Notes under the pieces: generated by a model
The model's database searches: none
Told to the model about the DNA's origin: nothing
The model's input: the letters and a program-made list of their open reading frames with translations, nothing else
Position numbers and translations under genes: made by a program
Origin: Craspedostauros australis
Taxonomy: Eukaryota
Assembly (NCBI GenBank): GCA_030167865.1
Contig: JALAGF010006100.1
Span: 1 to 59,514 of the forward strand
Reading direction: 5' to 3'
Length of the DNA stretch: 59,514 nt
Shown: in pieces, positions 56,943-59,514 of the stretch
Layout: the number at the start of each line of letters is the position of its first letter
Numbering within the stretch: position 1 is the first letter of the stretch

Positions 56943-58820
56943 TCACATGACATCGCCCAAGAAAACGATCTCGTGGTCGACGCCAAGTGGTTCCGGCTCG
57001 GGCGGCATAGTGCAGGCCTCCAAAATCTCCTCCGTCAGTTCGGGGAGCTCAGGAGCTTCGGGTGCGGGGTTACGACTGAGGAAATTCTGCACCTCATCGA
57101 CGGTATCTTCCGGGGTTTGCCCGTGAGCGGCATCCGAGATGATGCGCAGGCACCAGGCTTCCTCATCCTCGTTGTTGCCCTCGTATGTGGGGTTGTACAC
57201 CGACGCAACGATCAAAGCGGTGTGGTCGACGAGCTGGTTCAATTGGCAGATCTTGTACGTCGCGATTTCCTTGGCACCCTTGCCGGCTGAGAACACGCGA
57301 CAGGATGCGGCCTTGACAGAGTCGAGGGGTTGGCCGTTGGCGGAGTTGACCACGAACACCAGCTCCTTGATCTTTGGGTTCAGCTCGTAGAGGAAGATGC
57401 GGATACGCTCATCGTCGCCCTGCCTGGAGCCGTCGTCTTCGTCGCCACCGTGCCGGATGGCGTGGCATCCCGATTCGAGGTTCTCCTTGGAGATGATTTC
57501 GATGACTTCGCGCTTTTTGTCGAGGCAGATGACGGATGCATCCAGATCCATCGGCAAATCCTGCTCGCCGTCGCCATCACCGTCACCGGCGTCGTCACCA
57601 AGGGCACGCTCGCCATCGCCGTTGGGATCCTCAACTTCTTGGATGTCCTCGTCGTTGACGGCAACGGGCATTGGTTGAGGCGTGAAATCCCAGCTCACCG
57701 CGAAGCTGATGTTGGATGGAAAGCGCTCCACGTAGTCCTTGATGCGAATTGCTCCTTGCTTGCGCATGATGGCCTTGCGTCCGTGAGGGTCGAGCGGGAT
57801 ATCGGGCAGGACGTCGCGCGTGTAGGCCTTGATCTGCGGGATGACGGCCCCGAAATCATGCGCGATATCGTCGCCTTGGCCCATGGGGCGCAGGTACCAC
57901 CGCCCCTCCGATGGTTCCTTGTGGATGCGGACGAGGTAGGCGGTCGTCTGATCGCCGAAATCATTCTGGGCGTACCGACAAACGCCCATGCCGGTATTGG
58001 AATCGAGCATCCGGATCTCGGTGCCTGCGACGCCACCCAGCGTCAGATCTTGCTCCACGACCGAGAGGACGAGGTACAAAGCAGCGATGCCGCCGGGAAG
58101 GTCATGGAAGTTGACGGAAACTTGCTCGTCATCGCCGTACGTTCTGTGGGAAAGGCGGTCGCCGGAGTGCGAGATGGAGCGGTTGCGACTGAAGAGGTTG
58201 CCGGAGTACGCGCATTCTCTGAGATCGACGTTGCCGTTGCGGTCGACGGCGACGCAAGCCACGTCGACGTCCTTGTTGCCGCCCCAGCCCTTGCTGAGCG
58301 TATCCCAAGCGATGCCGAAGCGCACGCGCGGGTGCTCGATCTTGTGCGCCTGTCCTGGCTCGAGCTCCAGGTACTTGATCGCCTTGACTTCGGCAGCGAC
58401 GAGCAGCTTGCCCGTGGCATTGTCGCACTGCGTGCTGCCCTTGCCGCGGCCGACGTCGTACCAAGTGGCCTCGCTGTTGGAAATGTCGAGCGGGATCTCG
58501 ACCGTGCCCATGGGGTCGCTGAACGACACGACGTCCTTGTCGAAGATCCTGAGCTCGATGGGCTTGTTGTTGCGAACGATCTTCATGACCTGATCGGCGG
58601 AGAAGCTGAAGTCCAAGGTCTCATCCCAGACGGGGTCGCATGTCTTGTTGATCGTCTTCGTGTAGCCCACCTTGGTTCCGTCGATGTAGATGCGGATGAA
58701 GGGGTCAGAACCCGTCTTCTTGCCGCGCCAGTTCTTGTCCTTCGCCACCAAGTCCTCCGCTCTGTCGATGTGGAGCTTGACGGTGAGACCGGCCAACGAT
58801 GTGGAGGTGCTGATCGGCAT
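56943..58820 (-). CDS. C2 domain + tandem TerD-domain protein (about 625 aa)
   Basis: C2: LHIDRAEDLVAKD..GSDPFIRI..TKTINKTCDPVWDE..IFDKDVVSFSDPMG. TerD-1: FGIAWD..DVDVACV..SHSGDR..GDDEQVSV. TerD-2: VSWD..DLDASVICL..HGGDEDDG..GDDERIRI..VFVVNS. Likely ATG at 58820. Confidence 0.85.
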   Translation of the reverse strand: MPISTSTSLAGLTVKLHIDRAEDLVAKDKNWRGKKTGSDPFIRIYIDGTKVGYTKTINKTCDPVWDETLDFSFSADQVMKIVRNNKPIELRIFDKDVVSFSDPMGTVEIPLDISNSEATWYDVGRGKGSTQCDNATGKLLVAAEVKAIKYLELEPGQAHKIEHPRVRFGIAWDTLSKGWGGNKDVDVACVAVDRNGNVDLRECAYSGNLFSRNRSISHSGDRLSHRTYGDDEQVSVNFHDLPGGIAALYLVLSVVEQDLTLGGVAGTEIRMLDSNTGMGVCRYAQNDFGDQTTAYLVRIHKEPSEGRWYLRPMGQGDDIAHDFGAVIPQIKAYTRDVLPDIPLDPHGRKAIMRKQGAIRIKDYVERFPSNISFAVSWDFTPQPMPVAVNDEDIQEVEDPNGDGERALGDDAGDGDGDGEQDLPMDLDASVICLDKKREVIEIISKENLESGCHAIRHGGDEDDGSRQGDDERIRIFLYELNPKIKELVFVVNSANGQPLDSVKAASCRVFSAGKGAKEIATYKICQLNQLVDHTALIVASVYNPTYEGNNEDEEAWCLRIISDAAHGQTPEDTVDEVQNFLSRNPAPEAPELPELTEEILEACTMPPEPEPLGVDHEIVFLGDVM

Positions 58821-58853
58821 GTTCGTTGATTCTTTGTTCACGTGTGATGTATT

Positions 58854-58907
58854 ATAGAATAGAATAGAATAGAATACTATTCTACTATTAGAATAGAATA
58901 CAATAGA
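58854..58907. repeat. (ATAGA)n microsatellite with a short inverted internal segment, upstream of the C2-TerD gene
   Basis: ATAGAATAGAATAGAATAGAATAC-TATTCTACTATT-AGAATAGAATACAATAGA read directly from the sequence. Confidence 0.75.
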
Positions 58908-59514
58908 TGGAAGGGGAGATGCCAGCAACGAGGATGCGATTGCTGCTTCGACAGCTCTGGTTTACGATCTATTCTAATATTATGTGCAGTCTGAGGCTGC
59001 AGCAACCAGATGGTCATGCTGTGGCTCGGATCCTCCTTCCGTCGCCTCCTGCTCTGTTCACATCCGACTATTGGTGGGTCGTACCCAGGCTGTACGACTA
59101 TTCGTACGATCTATTCGTGTGATCTTTGGTGCCATGCAGGCATTGGGAATGACGATGCCGGAGGCAGTAACATCACGATTTGGCAGAACAACGCATGGCG
59201 TCCATGTTCGTAGTCGTGGCCGAAGAAGGGCGTGACTCCACACCAAGAGAAGGAGGGATACGATCTCTGGAGAAGAGAGGCTTTCGCCGACCTCGCAAGA
59301 ATGTGATGGCGAAGGCATTTTGGGTGATCACAGAGAAGATACGAACTGGGAGTTGTCGGAAAAGGAGAAAAGCTTACTTTTTATGTCGGAATTGGCAAGA
59401 CTAAGTACTTGATTAGACATAAATATGTGGTTTGCACCCATCATGGTACTTTGTTTGTTCCTACTACTATTGAGTACTTAGTTAGTTCTCTCCTTTGTGT
59501 TTCTGTTTCTGTTG

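Overview
Eukaryotic nuclear DNA, very likely from a diatom or related ochrophyte. Evidence: GT-AG introns of about 200-850 nt, a plastid ribosomal protein with a signal peptide plus ATA-F bipartite presequence, and diatom-style NRT2 genes. About 23 protein genes can be modelled by hand: two NRT2 nitrate transporters, a large PH/C2/TM MCTP-like protein, LSm3, an isochorismatase-family protein, a GS-like ligase, UMP1, an MFS transporter, a TBC Rab-GAP, a SWIM protein, a PRP38-Tudor fusion, an alpha/beta hydrolase, TBL1, MRT4, NDUFS5 (absent from the ORF track), an orphan membrane protein, plastid L28, an RNR large subunit, ATP23, Ub-S27a, an SGNH hydrolase and a C2-TerD-TerD protein, plus a decayed glycosyltransferase pseudogene. 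The most unusual signals are: (1) a class Ia ribonucleotide reductase large subunit with an N-terminal signal-peptide/transit-like extension and an altered ATP cone; (2) an isochorismatase with all three catalytic residues substituted, directly upstream of a non-canonical glutamine-synthetase-like ligase; (3) an S27a/eS31 that has lost 3 of 4 zinc-ligand cysteines; (4) the PRP38-Tudor fusion. No rRNA, tRNA, CRISPR array or intact transposon was recognised. Exon boundaries are manual predictions and family assignments come from motif recognition, not database searches.
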